This document shows, piece after piece, positions 1 to 8,572 of a stretch of 32,336 bases of DNA. Made by a program: the position numbers and the translations under genes. Source of the DNA: a virus (taxonomy: Duplodnaviria; Caudoviricetes); the IMG/VR virus record IMGVR_UViG_3300017560_000027, positions 1 to 32,336 of that record. One strand, given 5' to 3'. The number at the start of each line of letters is the position of its first letter. Position 1 is the first letter of the stretch. Under the pieces are notes generated by a model. That model ran no database searches and had not been told where the DNA came from. It saw only the letters and a list, made by a program, of their open reading frames with translations.

Positions 1-240
<240 letters not shown>

Positions 241-243
241 GGG

Positions 244-672
244 TTACTCCTGGTGGGTCGGTTGCGGCGGGCGGAACTGCCCGGCCGGTGTGAACAGCGC
301 GGTTTCAAGGTCCGCACCTTTGGCCATGCGCTTGCGCACGGTCGAATCAGTCACGCCCAGGGCGAAGTGCTCGATCAGCTGGGCGATGGTGCCGTGACAG
401 TCACGCACGGTGTGGCTGTACAGGGCTTGGGTGGCGGCGCCGGCCTTGTCACGCACCGCGCGCAAGTGGTCCGGGCAGCGGCCCTTGAGGGTTTCGTAAT
501 GGCGGCGCTGGTCGAGCGAGCGGCCGGGGGCTGGCCACTGCACCCCTTCCAGGGTGGCGAGCAGGCGGCCGAAGCGCTGCGGCGACAGGCCGAGCACGTC
601 ACGCACCGCGGTACGGCTCAAGCCATGGGCCGCCGAGGTGCGCACGTAGGCTTCCAGTTCGGCCGGTCTCAT
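244..672 (-). CDS. phage hypothetical protein, possible DNA-binding C-terminus
   Basis: ATGA overlap with Q-like gene; C-terminal TIAQLIEHFALGVTDSTVRKRMAKGADLETAL resembles HTH-like tails of phage nucleases. Confidence 0.7.
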   Translation of the reverse strand: MRPAELEAYVRTSAAHGLSRTAVRDVLGLSPQRFGRLLATLEGVQWPAPGRSLDQRRHYETLKGRCPDHLRAVRDKAGAATQALYSHTVRDCHGTIAQLIEHFALGVTDSTVRKRMAKGADLETALFTPAGQFRPPQPTHQE

Positions 673-1103
673 TGCCTGATCCCCAGTTGCTCGCTGAGCG
701 TGCGGCGCGCCTCGGCCAAACGCAGGTAGTACCAGCGCAGGCCGCGGCCCATGGCCAGCGCCTTGGCCATGGGCTCGGCACCGACTGGGGAGAAGCGACC
801 CAGCTGCCGGCGGGTCACCACCTCATTCCAGCCCGCGCACCACTCCAGGCGCAGCACGTCGGCGCGGTCGGGGTGGGCCTTGCCCATGCGGTACACGGCA
901 TCCTCAATGCGTGATTCCAGACTGTTATCCGGCATCTGCGCCGGACGGCCGCCGCCACCGCCGAAGGAGAAATCGCCCTGGGTTTCGATCAGCAAGGCCA
1001 GGGTGGTCATGCCGCCGCCGGAGAGGCTGACGCGGTTGTCGTTGAGCCAGCGCGCCCAGGCTTCCAGCGCGCTGTCCAGTGGCCCCCAGGCACGCCGGGC
1101 CAT
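669..1103 (-). CDS. late antitermination protein Q-like
   Basis: LEAWARW N-terminal motif, IEDAV..M...ADVLRLEW core and C-terminal HTH-like segment; lies downstream of cro. Confidence 0.65.
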   Translation of the reverse strand: MARRAWGPLDSALEAWARWLNDNRVSLSGGGMTTLALLIETQGDFSFGGGGGRPAQMPDNSLESRIEDAVYRMGKAHPDRADVLRLEWCAGWNEVVTRRQLGRFSPVGAEPMAKALAMGRGLRWYYLRLAEARRTLSEQLGIRQ

Positions 1104-1525
1104 CAGTTGCTCCGCCGCTTAAGCAGCACTTCGCACAACGCTTCCTCGGGGTCGAGGTGCTGGCCCAGTTCGCCGAAGCGGTCCGTCACCAGCAGGTCGC
1201 CGTGACGGATACGCACCGCGCGAGAGAACGGCCGCACCAGGTGCCAGACGAAACCGCCCGCATCGCGCAAGGCCTGCGACTCGCTTTCGGTCAACACATG
1301 GGTATGCAGCAAGTGAGGGTCGCGGCGGCGCGGACTGTTCGCCAGCGCGGCTTCCAGGGCACGCGCGCGCACGGACTCCGCAGCCGAACTACAGTCATAG
1401 GCACCCAGCGGCAGCAGCTCGACCAAACCGAACGCCGGGCGCATCAGGTAGCTGGCAATGGCCCGGCGCGCCTCGAAAGTGCCGCCGGCCAGGCCGATCA
1501 GCAAGCGGCGGTTAGGCGCGATCAT
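1103..1525 (-). CDS. degenerate dNMP-kinase-like protein
   Basis: LLIGLAGG start and ESQALRDAGGFVWHLVRP motif resemble phage dNMP kinases, but the P-loop GK is absent. Confidence 0.55.
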   Translation of the reverse strand: MIAPNRRLLIGLAGGTFEARRAIASYLMRPAFGLVELLPLGAYDCSSAAESVRARALEAALANSPRRRDPHLLHTHVLTESESQALRDAGGFVWHLVRPFSRAVRIRHGDLLVTDRFGELGQHLDPEEALCEVLLKRRSN

Positions 1526-1751
1526 GGGTCGCCACCGACGCTTGGGCGCGAGCCAAGGGCTCAAAAATACCGTTGTAGTCGACCTGCCCGCACGACGCCT
1601 GAACGATGTTCATGGCAGAACGAAAGCAAGGCGCCCGCTCTTGGCGGTACCAGGCATAGACCGTGCGCGGGTTCTCGCGCAGCAGGCCGGCGACTTCCCG
1701 CACCCCGGCTTTGCCCGGGGCCTTGCTGTCAATCCAGGCGTTCAATTCCAC
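1512..1751 (-). CDS. cro: Cro-like HTH repressor
   Basis: 79 aa, GVREVAGLLRENPRTVYAWYRQERAP HTH; divergent from the CI-like gene. Confidence 0.75.
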   Translation of the reverse strand: MELNAWIDSKAPGKAGVREVAGLLRENPRTVYAWYRQERAPCFRSAMNIVQASCGQVDYNGIFEPLARAQASVATHDRA

Positions 1752-1765
1752 GATTCGTGTTCCAA

Positions 1766-1780
1766 TACACTATTTGTGGA
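1766..1780. promoter_or_regulatory. repressor operator (TACAC-N5-GTGGA)
   Basis: 9/10 match to TACAC-N5-GTGTA; just downstream of a cro promoter candidate TTGAAA-18-TAAGAT (minus, 1810-1781). Confidence 0.7.
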
Positions 1781-1828
1781 ATCTTATGGCGAACTAGTTA
1801 CCAGTTTCAAGCTCTGATGTGTGTGAAT

Positions 1829-1843
1829 TACACTTTATGTGTA
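1829..1843. promoter_or_regulatory. repressor operator (TACACTTTATGTGTA)
   Basis: perfect palindromic half-sites in the cI/cro intergenic region; overlaps the -35 position of TATAAT at 1862-1867. Confidence 0.75.
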
Positions 1844-1924
1844 CTCTTGCCCGCTGACGCATATAATATTAGGCAAATATTGACACGGCCCCTGGATTCG
1901 CCTGGGCCGTTAGAGAGAGTGAGC

Positions 1925-2590
1925 ATGCCAGACCTGAAAATCACCGTTGCCCAGCGATTAAAGCAGTGTCGCCATGACCGTAACTGGACCATGAAAACGC
2001 TGGTGCAACAGCTGTACGAACGGTGCGGTGCTGAAGTGGGCGAGTCGGCCTACTCTAACTGGGAAAACGCCCTGCGCATGCCGCCACCTGAAATGCTGAT
2101 CAAACTGGGTGACCTGTTCGGCGTGGCACCCGCCTGGCTGCAGGGCTTCACTTCGCATTCCAGTGCCAATATGAGCATGGCCGATTACATTACCGCGAAC
2201 AGCCCGCACATCGTCACCAAGAATGGCGACTTGCCCCTCAAGCAAGCGTCCGCGGCCACCGCCTACAACCTGGATTACCTCAAGTCGCGCAACCTCGACC
2301 GCAACCGCGTGCTGGCCATCCGCCAACTGGATTCCAGCATGGCCGGACTCATCGAAGAAGGCGATGAAGTGCTGATCGACCAGACCCGCTGCGACATAGA
2401 TGGGCGCGACCTGTATGCCATCGTCGCGCCCAGTAAGGCCGTGTGGATACGCTGGATCAGCCGCGAATTGGACGGCACCTACAAACTGACCGCACAGAAT
2501 GACAGCCACCCCGAGGTGATCATGCAGCCCGAGGCCTTTGAGCGCATCACCGTGGTCGGCCGCGTCGCCCGGATCGCACACGACCGCTGA
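1925..2590 (+). CDS. cI: CI-like repressor (XRE HTH + S24 peptidase-like domain)
   Basis: QRLKQCR...SAYSNWENALRMP..LGDLFGVAPAWL HTH; SSMAGLIEEGDEVLID...ITVVGRV S24 fold; real start ATG 1925 inside long ORF 1079-2590. Confidence 0.9.
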   Translation: MPDLKITVAQRLKQCRHDRNWTMKTLVQQLYERCGAEVGESAYSNWENALRMPPPEMLIKLGDLFGVAPAWLQGFTSHSSANMSMADYITANSPHIVTKNGDLPLKQASAATAYNLDYLKSRNLDRNRVLAIRQLDSSMAGLIEEGDEVLIDQTRCDIDGRDLYAIVAPSKAVWIRWISRELDGTYKLTAQNDSHPEVIMQPEAFERITVVGRVARIAHDR

Positions 2591-2610
2591 TTCGTCAGAC
2601 GGCCGGACCT

Positions 2611-2638
2611 AAAGCCCCGTTTTTTTCGGGGCTTTTTT
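2611..2638 (+). terminator. intrinsic terminator after cI
   Basis: AAAGCCCCG-loop-CGGGGCTTTTTT. Confidence 0.8.
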
Positions 2639-2648
2639 GATGGCTCAC

Positions 2649-2667
2649 TATACACTTTCTGTGTATA
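2649..2667. promoter_or_regulatory. repressor operator (TATACAC-TTTCT-GTGTATA)
   Basis: extended perfect palindrome of the same motif, upstream of ORF 2707. Confidence 0.75.
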
Positions 2668-2706
2668 TTGCCACATTCTTAGGAACGGCAGGACGGATAC
2701 CTTCCC

Positions 2707-2958
2707 ATGCACGGCAGCAATACCCCCGACCCAGTACCCACCACCCTCATCACTTGCAGCCCGCAGGCGATCCAGGTCCAACAACAGCGCCTGCTGGCAG
2801 TGAAAGAGGTGGGCAGCCTCAGCGCGGGCATCACCGCGATTGCCAACGCCTGCTGCCATGAGCACCACGTGACCATGGACAACATTGAAGACATCCTGCA
2901 CCTGTCCCGGCAAATGTCGCGCGCTATCGCCCAACTCGGCGCCGCCCTCTCCGACTGA
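2707..2958 (+). CDS. hypothetical protein (first gene of repressor-controlled early operon)
   Basis: 83-aa ORF downstream of the operator, plausible codon usage. Confidence 0.6.
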   Translation: MHGSNTPDPVPTTLITCSPQAIQVQQQRLLAVKEVGSLSAGITAIANACCHEHHVTMDNIEDILHLSRQMSRAIAQLGAALSD

Positions 2959-2986
2959 TCCCCCCTCTTGCAAGGATGCGCCACCG

Positions 2987-3394
2987 ATGAACGCTGCCAT
3001 GGAAGTCACCGGCGAAGACGTGCTGGGCCTGCCCGGCCAAACGCTGACCCCCGAAGAGCTGAGCACCCTGGTCGGCCTGGCCGACGGCATCCCCACGGTG
3101 AAACTGGCCCAGCAACTGGGCCTCGATGAGCACGCCGTCAACCAGATTGAGCGCGCCATTCAGCGCAAGCTGGGCGCGCGCAACCGCCTGCACATGATCA
3201 CCCGCGGCTTTACCCTGGGCGTGCTGGTACCGCGCGCGCTGTGCCTGATGCTGTGCGTTATCTCCGCTCTGGAAGTCGACCATGAGCTGTTCCGGCAGCG
3301 CTTCCAGCGCCGCCCGCGCACCAACAATGAAGTGGTCCGCGTCATCCGTATTTCCCCCAGTACCAGCGCCGGCAATGCCCCTTTGTACGGCTGA
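2987..3394 (+). CDS. LuxR-type HTH protein
   Basis: LTPEELSTLVGLADG...LAQQLGL...IQRKLGARNR is a GerE/LuxR HTH pattern; AAGGA RBS before ATG 2987. Confidence 0.75.
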   Translation: MNAAMEVTGEDVLGLPGQTLTPEELSTLVGLADGIPTVKLAQQLGLDEHAVNQIERAIQRKLGARNRLHMITRGFTLGVLVPRALCLMLCVISALEVDHELFRQRFQRRPRTNNEVVRVIRISPSTSAGNAPLYG

Positions 3395-3400
3395 CGCCAT

Positions 3401-3510
3401 ACAACAAATCTACATATCTACAATTCAATAATTGTTGAACGCCATCAGGCGCAGGCCTATACTGCGCCCAATCGCTAGAATGTTGATTTCTACATTTGTA
3501 GCTATCAACA
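3401..3510. repeat. 8-bp-phased TCWACA arrays flanking the parA promoter (parS-like/operator)
   Basis: 5 units at 3401-3440 and 4 units at 3481-3510 around TTGAAC-17-TATACT (3435-3463). Confidence 0.75.
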
Positions 3511-3535
3511 TGGCGCCTTGAATGGAGTTCACCCT

Positions 3536-4180
3536 ATGTCGATCCGCGTTGCTATGGCCGGCCAGAAAGGCGGCGTAAAGAAGTCCGCCACCGCGCGAGC
3601 TATCGCCGCTGCCTTTTCCGCCGCCGGTATGAATGTGTTGATTGCCGACTTTGACCCCCGGCAGAAGACCAGCACCAATTGGAACCTGCGCCGCCAGGCG
3701 CGCTTCCCCGACCTGCCCGCCATCACCGCCAAACCCTATGCCAGCGTGGCGCAGGTGATGCGCGAAGTGGATGACTATGATGTGGTGATCTTCGATCCGG
3801 GCGCGTTCGCTTCGCAGATCATGGTGGAAGCGGCCGGCCACGCTGATTGCGTGATCCTGCCCACCGCCGCCGGACTGGATGACTTGGAGCCCACCGTCGA
3901 CTTAGCCAATGACCTGGCACAGCGCGGCGTTGAACCCCAGCGCATTGTGTTCGCCCTGCACCCGGCTGGCGACAGCGACAGCGAACTGGCCGCCGCCCGC
4001 GAATACCTCAGCCACACCCCGTATGCGACACTAGACGGCTATATCCCGCAGAAAACCATCTACAGCATGGCGCACGACCTCGGCTTGTCGGTGATTGAAG
4101 CCCGCAGCCAGGGGCCGCGCCAGAAAGCCGAAAAGCTGATTCAGTCGGCCATCAACACCATCAGCGCCCTGACCAATTAA
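3536..4180 (+). CDS. parA: ParA family partition ATPase (type Ib, short)
   Basis: QKGGVKKS deviant Walker A, VLIADFDPRQ, YDVVIFD, ADCVILP; no N-terminal HTH. Confidence 0.92.
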   Translation: MSIRVAMAGQKGGVKKSATARAIAAAFSAAGMNVLIADFDPRQKTSTNWNLRRQARFPDLPAITAKPYASVAQVMREVDDYDVVIFDPGAFASQIMVEAAGHADCVILPTAAGLDDLEPTVDLANDLAQRGVEPQRIVFALHPAGDSDSELAAAREYLSHTPYATLDGYIPQKTIYSMAHDLGLSVIEARSQGPRQKAEKLIQSAINTISALTN

Positions 4181-4190
4181 GGAATACCCC

Positions 4191-4433
4191 ATGACTGTCG
4201 AAATCCCCAAGAAGCTCGCGAACACCAAGAGCACCAAGGCCTCGGTCAAGGGAACGCCGGCCAACATCAAACCTTTGGAACCGGCCGCGGCCAAGACCAA
4301 GAGCCCGCTGAACGTGCAGTTGGACACCCAGCTGAAAACCGCCATCGCCATCGAAGCGGCGCAACGCGGCATCAGCATGACCAAGCTGCTGGGCGAAATG
4401 TGGGACGCCTACCAGGCGCAGCACCACGGCTGA
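4191..4433 (+). CDS. ribbon-helix-helix centromere-binding protein (ParG/ParB-like)
   Basis: Lys-rich flexible N-tail then PLNVQLDTQLKTAIAIEAAQRGISMTKLL RHH pattern; directly follows parA. Confidence 0.8.
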   Translation: MTVEIPKKLANTKSTKASVKGTPANIKPLEPAAAKTKSPLNVQLDTQLKTAIAIEAAQRGISMTKLLGEMWDAYQAQHHG

Positions 4434-4447
4434 TCAGCCGCCCAAAC

Positions 4448-4474
4448 AAAAGCCCCGCATTGGCGGGGCTTTTT
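4448..4474. terminator. bidirectional intrinsic terminator
   Basis: AAAAGCCCCGC-ATTG-GCGGGGCTTTTT between convergent operons. Confidence 0.85.
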
Positions 4475-4490
4475 ATTGCCTGCGTAACCG

Positions 4491-4730
4491 TCACGACTCG
4501 ACCTGAAACGACACAATACCCAGCGAGCGGGTGAACTTCTCCAGGGTGTCGAGACTTGCCCAGGTGCGCGGGTTCTCGCGCTTGGAGCGTACCGGCTTCC
4601 ACTGCACATGCAGGCGCACCAACAGCTGCCAGCGCTCGCCATCCTCAGTGCGGCGCACCAGGAACTCGCGCGCGGCCTTCGTCTCGACCAGCAACGCCAG
4701 TTCACTTTCATGGAATGCCGAACGCGCCAA
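4491..4730 (-). CDS. small plasmid/phage-associated hypothetical protein
   Basis: 79 aa, last gene of a tightly packed operon; VRSKRE.PRTWASLDT...LGI motif recalls small plasmid proteins. Confidence 0.65.
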   Translation of the reverse strand: MARSAFHESELALLVETKAAREFLVRRTEDGERWQLLVRLHVQWKPVRSKRENPRTWASLDTLEKFTRSLGIVSFQVES

Positions 4731-4732
4731 AC

Positions 4733-4924
4733 CTAACCCCTTCGTTTCGTGCCATGCCCGACCTGGGCAAAGTCGACATGATGGCCGCGCTTTTGCGAGC
4801 CGTCACGCAGGATGACCCGATTATCGCCGTTACGCGTCACGCGCACTATCTCCCGACCCTCGACCACCTGGCGAAAGCCTTCGCGCTCCAGCTGCTGCAG
4901 GGTGATGCGCTGGGCCGGGGTCAT
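4733..4924 (-). CDS. hypothetical protein
   Basis: ATGA overlap with upstream gene. Confidence 0.65.
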   Translation of the reverse strand: MTPAQRITLQQLEREGFRQVVEGREIVRVTRNGDNRVILRDGSQKRGHHVDFAQVGHGTKRRG

Positions 4925-5316
4925 GTCAGCAGCTCCCGCGGCACCTGCACCACGGCGCCGAGCGTGACCAGGACAACCGCGCGGCAGGCGGCCACCAGCT
5001 CGGTGTCCCCGCCCTGTGCCAGGTCTTTGCCGTCGCTGGTTATCCAGGCCGCCCAGCAGTCGGCAGCGTGCTGCGGCGCATGCAAGCTGACCTTATGCCG
5101 GCGGATCAACGGGCCGCCGAGCGCCCAGTTATCCTGCGGGTCGTAGCGCGCATCGCGCACCGTCACTTCGCCCGTGTAGCGCACGAACACTCGCCAAGGG
5201 TTGCCGTAGATCGGCGGCGCCAGTAATGCCTGCAGGCCTTCGGCCTTGCCAACCGCCCAGGCCAGTGCCTCGCCGCGCAGCTCGGGGGTGGATACAGCCT
5301 CATATGCTTGGGTCAT
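4921..5316 (-). CDS. NinX family (DUF2591) phage protein
   Basis: LAWAVGKAEG, YDPQDNWALGGPLI and TELVAACRAVV motifs. Confidence 0.8.
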   Translation of the reverse strand: MTQAYEAVSTPELRGEALAWAVGKAEGLQALLAPPIYGNPWRVFVRYTGEVTVRDARYDPQDNWALGGPLIRRHKVSLHAPQHAADCWAAWITSDGKDLAQGGDTELVAACRAVVLVTLGAVVQVPRELLT

Positions 5317-5507
5317 CCCCGACGCTCCTGCTCAATATCGCTCATACCGCCGGGCCGTGGCGTCACCCGGTACTGCTGGGTACCGCACGGCTCAGCAGCC
5401 AACCCCTGCAACACCTGCTGGACGTAACGGCGCTGCAGGCTCACCGTTTCACCCTGGGCCAGCATCTGGCGTATCTGCGCAATGGTCGCCGTCTTGGGCT
5501 GGGTCAT
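5313..5507 (-). CDS. hypothetical protein
   Basis: ATGA overlaps on both sides, GGAG RBS. Confidence 0.65.
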   Translation of the reverse strand: MTQPKTATIAQIRQMLAQGETVSLQRRYVQQVLQGLAAEPCGTQQYRVTPRPGGMSDIEQERRG

Positions 5508-5794
5508 CGCTTCTTCTCCTTAAATGGAATGACGTTCTCCAGCACCTGGCGCACGCCGCCGGCATCGCGGAACGCCTGCCAGGCGGCCGCGTGCGGGGTG
5601 CAGTAGTGCAGCTCCGGGGCCACCAGCAGGGCATGGTGATCGCACAACGGGCGGTCGCAGGTCTTGCCATCGCCCACCGGGTAATCGCACAGGTTGACGC
5701 CCAGGTCGCCGCATTCAGCGCAGTGCGCGCCCAGGTCGCCGCACAGGTGGCCAACCGGGCGCCGGTCTTTGTCATACACCGTGTAACAAGCCAT
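5504..5794 (-). CDS. Cys/His-rich putative zinc-binding protein
   Basis: CAEC, LCDYP, TCDRPLCDHH, YCTPH; TGATG coupling to upstream gene. Confidence 0.7.
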   Translation of the reverse strand: MACYTVYDKDRRPVGHLCGDLGAHCAECGDLGVNLCDYPVGDGKTCDRPLCDHHALLVAPELHYCTPHAAAWQAFRDAGGVRQVLENVIPFKEKKR

Positions 5795-6597
5795 CAGCAA
5801 TCAACGTCGAGTTCTTCGGGGTCGGCCGGCAGCTCGGGCAGTTCAAGGATTTGCGGCAGCTTGCGCAAGTAGACCTTGACCCCACACAACGTCGAGCGCC
5901 CACGCGCTTCGGTGCTGATGAACTGGGAAATGGTGTGGCCACCAGGGAAGCGCTGGGCGAACAGCGCACGAAGCGCCTCGCGCGATTCGGCGCAGTCGGT
6001 CACGCCCTTGCCGTCGTCGTCATTGAGCACGAAGCCCCGGCGCTGCAGGTCGGCCAGCCACAGCGCCTTGCGCTCGGCATGCGGCTTACCCTCGGCGCCC
6101 GGCACATAGGGCTTGCTGCCGGTGAACCGGCAGGAGAATTCCACCTGGGCGTTCCAGGCGCCGAAGTGCGTTTCGCGGATATGGCCGAAGCCCTCGCGGT
6201 CCCACCAGGTATCCAGGCGGTCGGCCAGGTTCTTCAGCGCGGGCTGGATCGCCTCGGGCGGCATGCTCTGCCCCAAAGTCGCTTCCAGCTCGCGGATGCG
6301 CAGATTGGCCTTACGAATCTCGGCATGCCGGTGCTCGATGCGCTGGGCCGCTTCGGTGTCGACGCCAAGCAGCTGGCCCAGGTCGCGCAACTGCGACTCC
6401 ACCACGCTCATCACGTTGCGCGCCGTCTCGCGGGTCAGTCCCTCGGCCTTGCCTTCCTCGGCCAATCCCAGAATCCAGGGCAACGTGGCCATGCCCTGCT
6501 GCACCTCTTTGGTCAGGCGCCGGAGGGTGGCCACCTGGTGCGCGGTCAACGGTATAGGTGCGAGGTCTTCGGGAACCTTGGGGGGGAAGCTGGGCAT
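5794..6597 (-). CDS. hypothetical protein (267 aa, central coiled coil)
   Basis: strong AAGGAG RBS, first gene of operon. Confidence 0.8.
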   Translation of the reverse strand: MPSFPPKVPEDLAPIPLTAHQVATLRRLTKEVQQGMATLPWILGLAEEGKAEGLTRETARNVMSVVESQLRDLGQLLGVDTEAAQRIEHRHAEIRKANLRIRELEATLGQSMPPEAIQPALKNLADRLDTWWDREGFGHIRETHFGAWNAQVEFSCRFTGSKPYVPGAEGKPHAERKALWLADLQRRGFVLNDDDGKGVTDCAESREALRALFAQRFPGGHTISQFISTEARGRSTLCGVKVYLRKLPQILELPELPADPEELDVDC

Positions 6598-6694
6598 GGT
6601 GAAACTCCTTTTCGGCGTAACGGCGGGGGCACTCTAAAACCATTTTTCATGGTTGTGGGTTCCCATTTTATACGAAAGTGGGAAAGCCAGGCAC

Positions 6695-6732
6695 AAAAAA
6701 AGGCCCCCGCTCTCTTTCAGACTGGGGGCCTT
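6695..6732 (-). terminator. intrinsic terminator
   Basis: minus strand AAGGCCCCC...GGGGGCCTTTTTTT. Confidence 0.7.
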
Positions 6733-6785
6733 GATTGAACATATCACCACTTACGCGCAGGGCGTGGGCACCGGGCCATCACCGC

Positions 6786-6968
6786 TCATTCGCGCAGGTC
6801 GAACGGGCCGCCCTTGTCTTCGGCGCGCCCGCTCATCCAGCCCAGCTGCCAGCGCTCCGCCCGGCGCGGGTTGCTGGCCTTGTCCGGGCCGGACTCGTAG
6901 GCCTCGCCGCGCTGGTAGGCGGCAAAGCCTTGGCTGAACCACTCCAGTTCCTCGTCTTGCTCGTGCAT
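6786..6968 (-). CDS. Rmf/CrpP-fold small protein
   Basis: QGFAAYQRGE...P...ERWQLGWMSGR pattern of the ribosome modulation factor family; AAGGAG RBS. Confidence 0.6.
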   Translation of the reverse strand: MHEQDEELEWFSQGFAAYQRGEAYESGPDKASNPRRAERWQLGWMSGRAEDKGGPFDLRE

Positions 6969-7074
6969 CGCTGCAGCTCCTTGCGGTGGTAGGCCGGGCA
7001 CGCGCCGCGACAGCGGCGGGCGGCCTCGGGATTGTGGGTGGGGGTTCAAGCGTTACGCGTAACGGGCAAACCGT

Positions 7075-7293
7075 TCAGCCCTGGACCGCTGCGCGCAGCG
7101 CCGCGACCAACGCGGTGGTGGCCTCCTCCAGCGCCGCCCGGTCGTCAATCTCACGGTCGGTGTACTCCTGCGCGCGAATCGTCTTGACCCTATCGGCCAG
7201 GGCAAACCACTCGGCATCGGCCGCCGTCAGGCGCGCCTGGATAGCGTCGACCTTGGCCAGCAGGGGCAGTAACGGGGTGGCATCGATGTGCAT
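7075..7293 (-). CDS. hypothetical helical protein
   Basis: AAGGA RBS before ATG 7293. Confidence 0.65.
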   Translation of the reverse strand: MHIDATPLLPLLAKVDAIQARLTAADAEWFALADRVKTIRAQEYTDREIDDRAALEEATTALVAALRAAVQG

Positions 7294-7344
7294 GGGGTAG
7301 TCCTTTCCTCGGCTTAGGGGCGGGTTCGTGACGGTCACGCGCAG

Positions 7345-7803
7345 TCAATCAGGCGCGTCGGGGCTCATCAGTTCGGCCTGCAGGTCGCTCATGCAGCGCA
7401 CGCAGATGCCGTAACCGGCGTCGGGGTTGTTCGCGGCAAAGTAGTCGTTGCACTCGCGGCATTGCGTCACCGGGGTCAGTTTGACCGGCTCCGGGGCTTT
7501 GGCCGGCGCGAAGTCCCAGCGCTCGCCACAGGCCTGGCAGACCGCCCGCAGCGAACCGGAGCGGGCCTGTTTCAACACCCCGCCGCAGGCCGTGCAGGCG
7601 CAGCTGGCCAGTTGCTCGGCCATGGCCTGGTCCACCGCGGTGTGGTCGTTCTTGGGCTTGCGCAGCCCTTTGCCCTGGGCGGCCTTGAGTTTGCGGTATT
7701 CGCGCACCAGGCGCTGGCCGCCTTCCTGCAGGTGCTCGCCACGCTGCAGGCGGCACTCCAGGCCGTACAGCTGCAGCGCCAGATATTCGTCTTGATCACT
7801 CAT
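7345..7803 (-). CDS. hypothetical protein with four CxxC motifs (zinc ribbons)
   Basis: CTAC, CQAC, CREC, CVRC. Confidence 0.7.
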   Translation of the reverse strand: MSDQDEYLALQLYGLECRLQRGEHLQEGGQRLVREYRKLKAAQGKGLRKPKNDHTAVDQAMAEQLASCACTACGGVLKQARSGSLRAVCQACGERWDFAPAKAPEPVKLTPVTQCRECNDYFAANNPDAGYGICVRCMSDLQAELMSPDAPD

Positions 7804-7829
7804 CGCTATTGCCCCGTGACGCGTAACGG

Positions 7830-8486
7830 CTACTCGCCAGGTTGCGGCCGGTAGTCGGTCGACAGTTTGTTCAACTGCAAACGGCTTTGGAAGACCTTCA
7901 CCGCGGCGAACGCGTTGTTACGCTCACCCTCTAAAATCTCGCACTCATGCCGCAGGCGGGCCAACTCGGCGTCATTCACGGCGGCCGCTGGCTGGGCGGG
8001 AGCCCGGACCGAAACGCCAAGGTCTTCGGCGACCTCGCGAATGGCCGCTTTGAGTTCTTGATTCTCCTGGCGCAAAGCCTGCAGCTCATCCCGCTCGGCC
8101 TGGCGGCTCTCTTCCATGCGCTTGATCATGCTAGTCAGGCGCTCCACTTCATCACGCAAAAATCCAGCAGGGCGACGGGTGGTGCGCTCCGGCTCTGCCA
8201 GGTAGCGGCCGTTGTCGCCCTCGGGCCACAACTTCACCAGCAGGGAGTCAAACCCGGGCTTTTGCTCTGCCGCCCAGTTCGGCCCTCGGTGGAACAGGTC
8301 TTCGTGCGCCAATAGCCCCAGGCTCAACACCATGCGCTCGGTCTGGGTCAGGCTGACAGCCCGAAGCCCTTCGGTTTCGCGCAGCTCTTTGAGCTTCTGC
8401 CGGTGCCGACGCTGACGCTCAGCGCTGCTCATGGGCTGCGCGGGCAGCACCAGGTCAAAGGTTCCGGGGTCTAGTGGGTCAATCAC
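7830..8486 (-). CDS. basic-helix plus coiled-coil protein (putative DNA-binding)
   Basis: SSAERQRRHRQKLKELRE basic helix; long heptad region; GGGAG RBS, GTG start. Confidence 0.75.
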   Translation of the reverse strand: MIDPLDPGTFDLVLPAQPMSSAERQRRHRQKLKELRETEGLRAVSLTQTERMVLSLGLLAHEDLFHRGPNWAAEQKPGFDSLLVKLWPEGDNGRYLAEPERTTRRPAGFLRDEVERLTSMIKRMEESRQAERDELQALRQENQELKAAIREVAEDLGVSVRAPAQPAAAVNDAELARLRHECEILEGERNNAFAAVKVFQSRLQLNKLSTDYRPQPGE

Positions 8487-8520
8487 GTCAATTCTCCCAA
8501 GGGCGTCGTGCCATGGGCGA

Positions 8521-8572
8521 ATTATATGTTGATTTGTTGATATCTACAAATGTTGTTATCTACATTTGTTGG
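8521..8572. repeat. 8-bp-phased TCWACA array containing a minus-strand promoter
   Basis: TGTTGATT TGTTGATA TCTACAAA TGTTGTTA TCTACATT TGTTGG; TTGTAG-17-TATAAT on minus strand (8549-8521). Confidence 0.75.

Noticed and set aside
1079-1924. N-terminal 282 codons of the 503-aa plus-strand ORF
   Set aside because: Overlaps real minus-strand genes and the operator region; the repressor starts at ATG 1925.
3401-3510. Repeat arrays as CRISPR or Rep iterons
   Set aside because: Units are 8 bp with no unique spacers; they sit at promoters and the par locus.
4733-4924. HicA-like toxin
   Set aside because: LE..GF..V start is similar, but the GSH catalytic motif and a HicB partner are missing.
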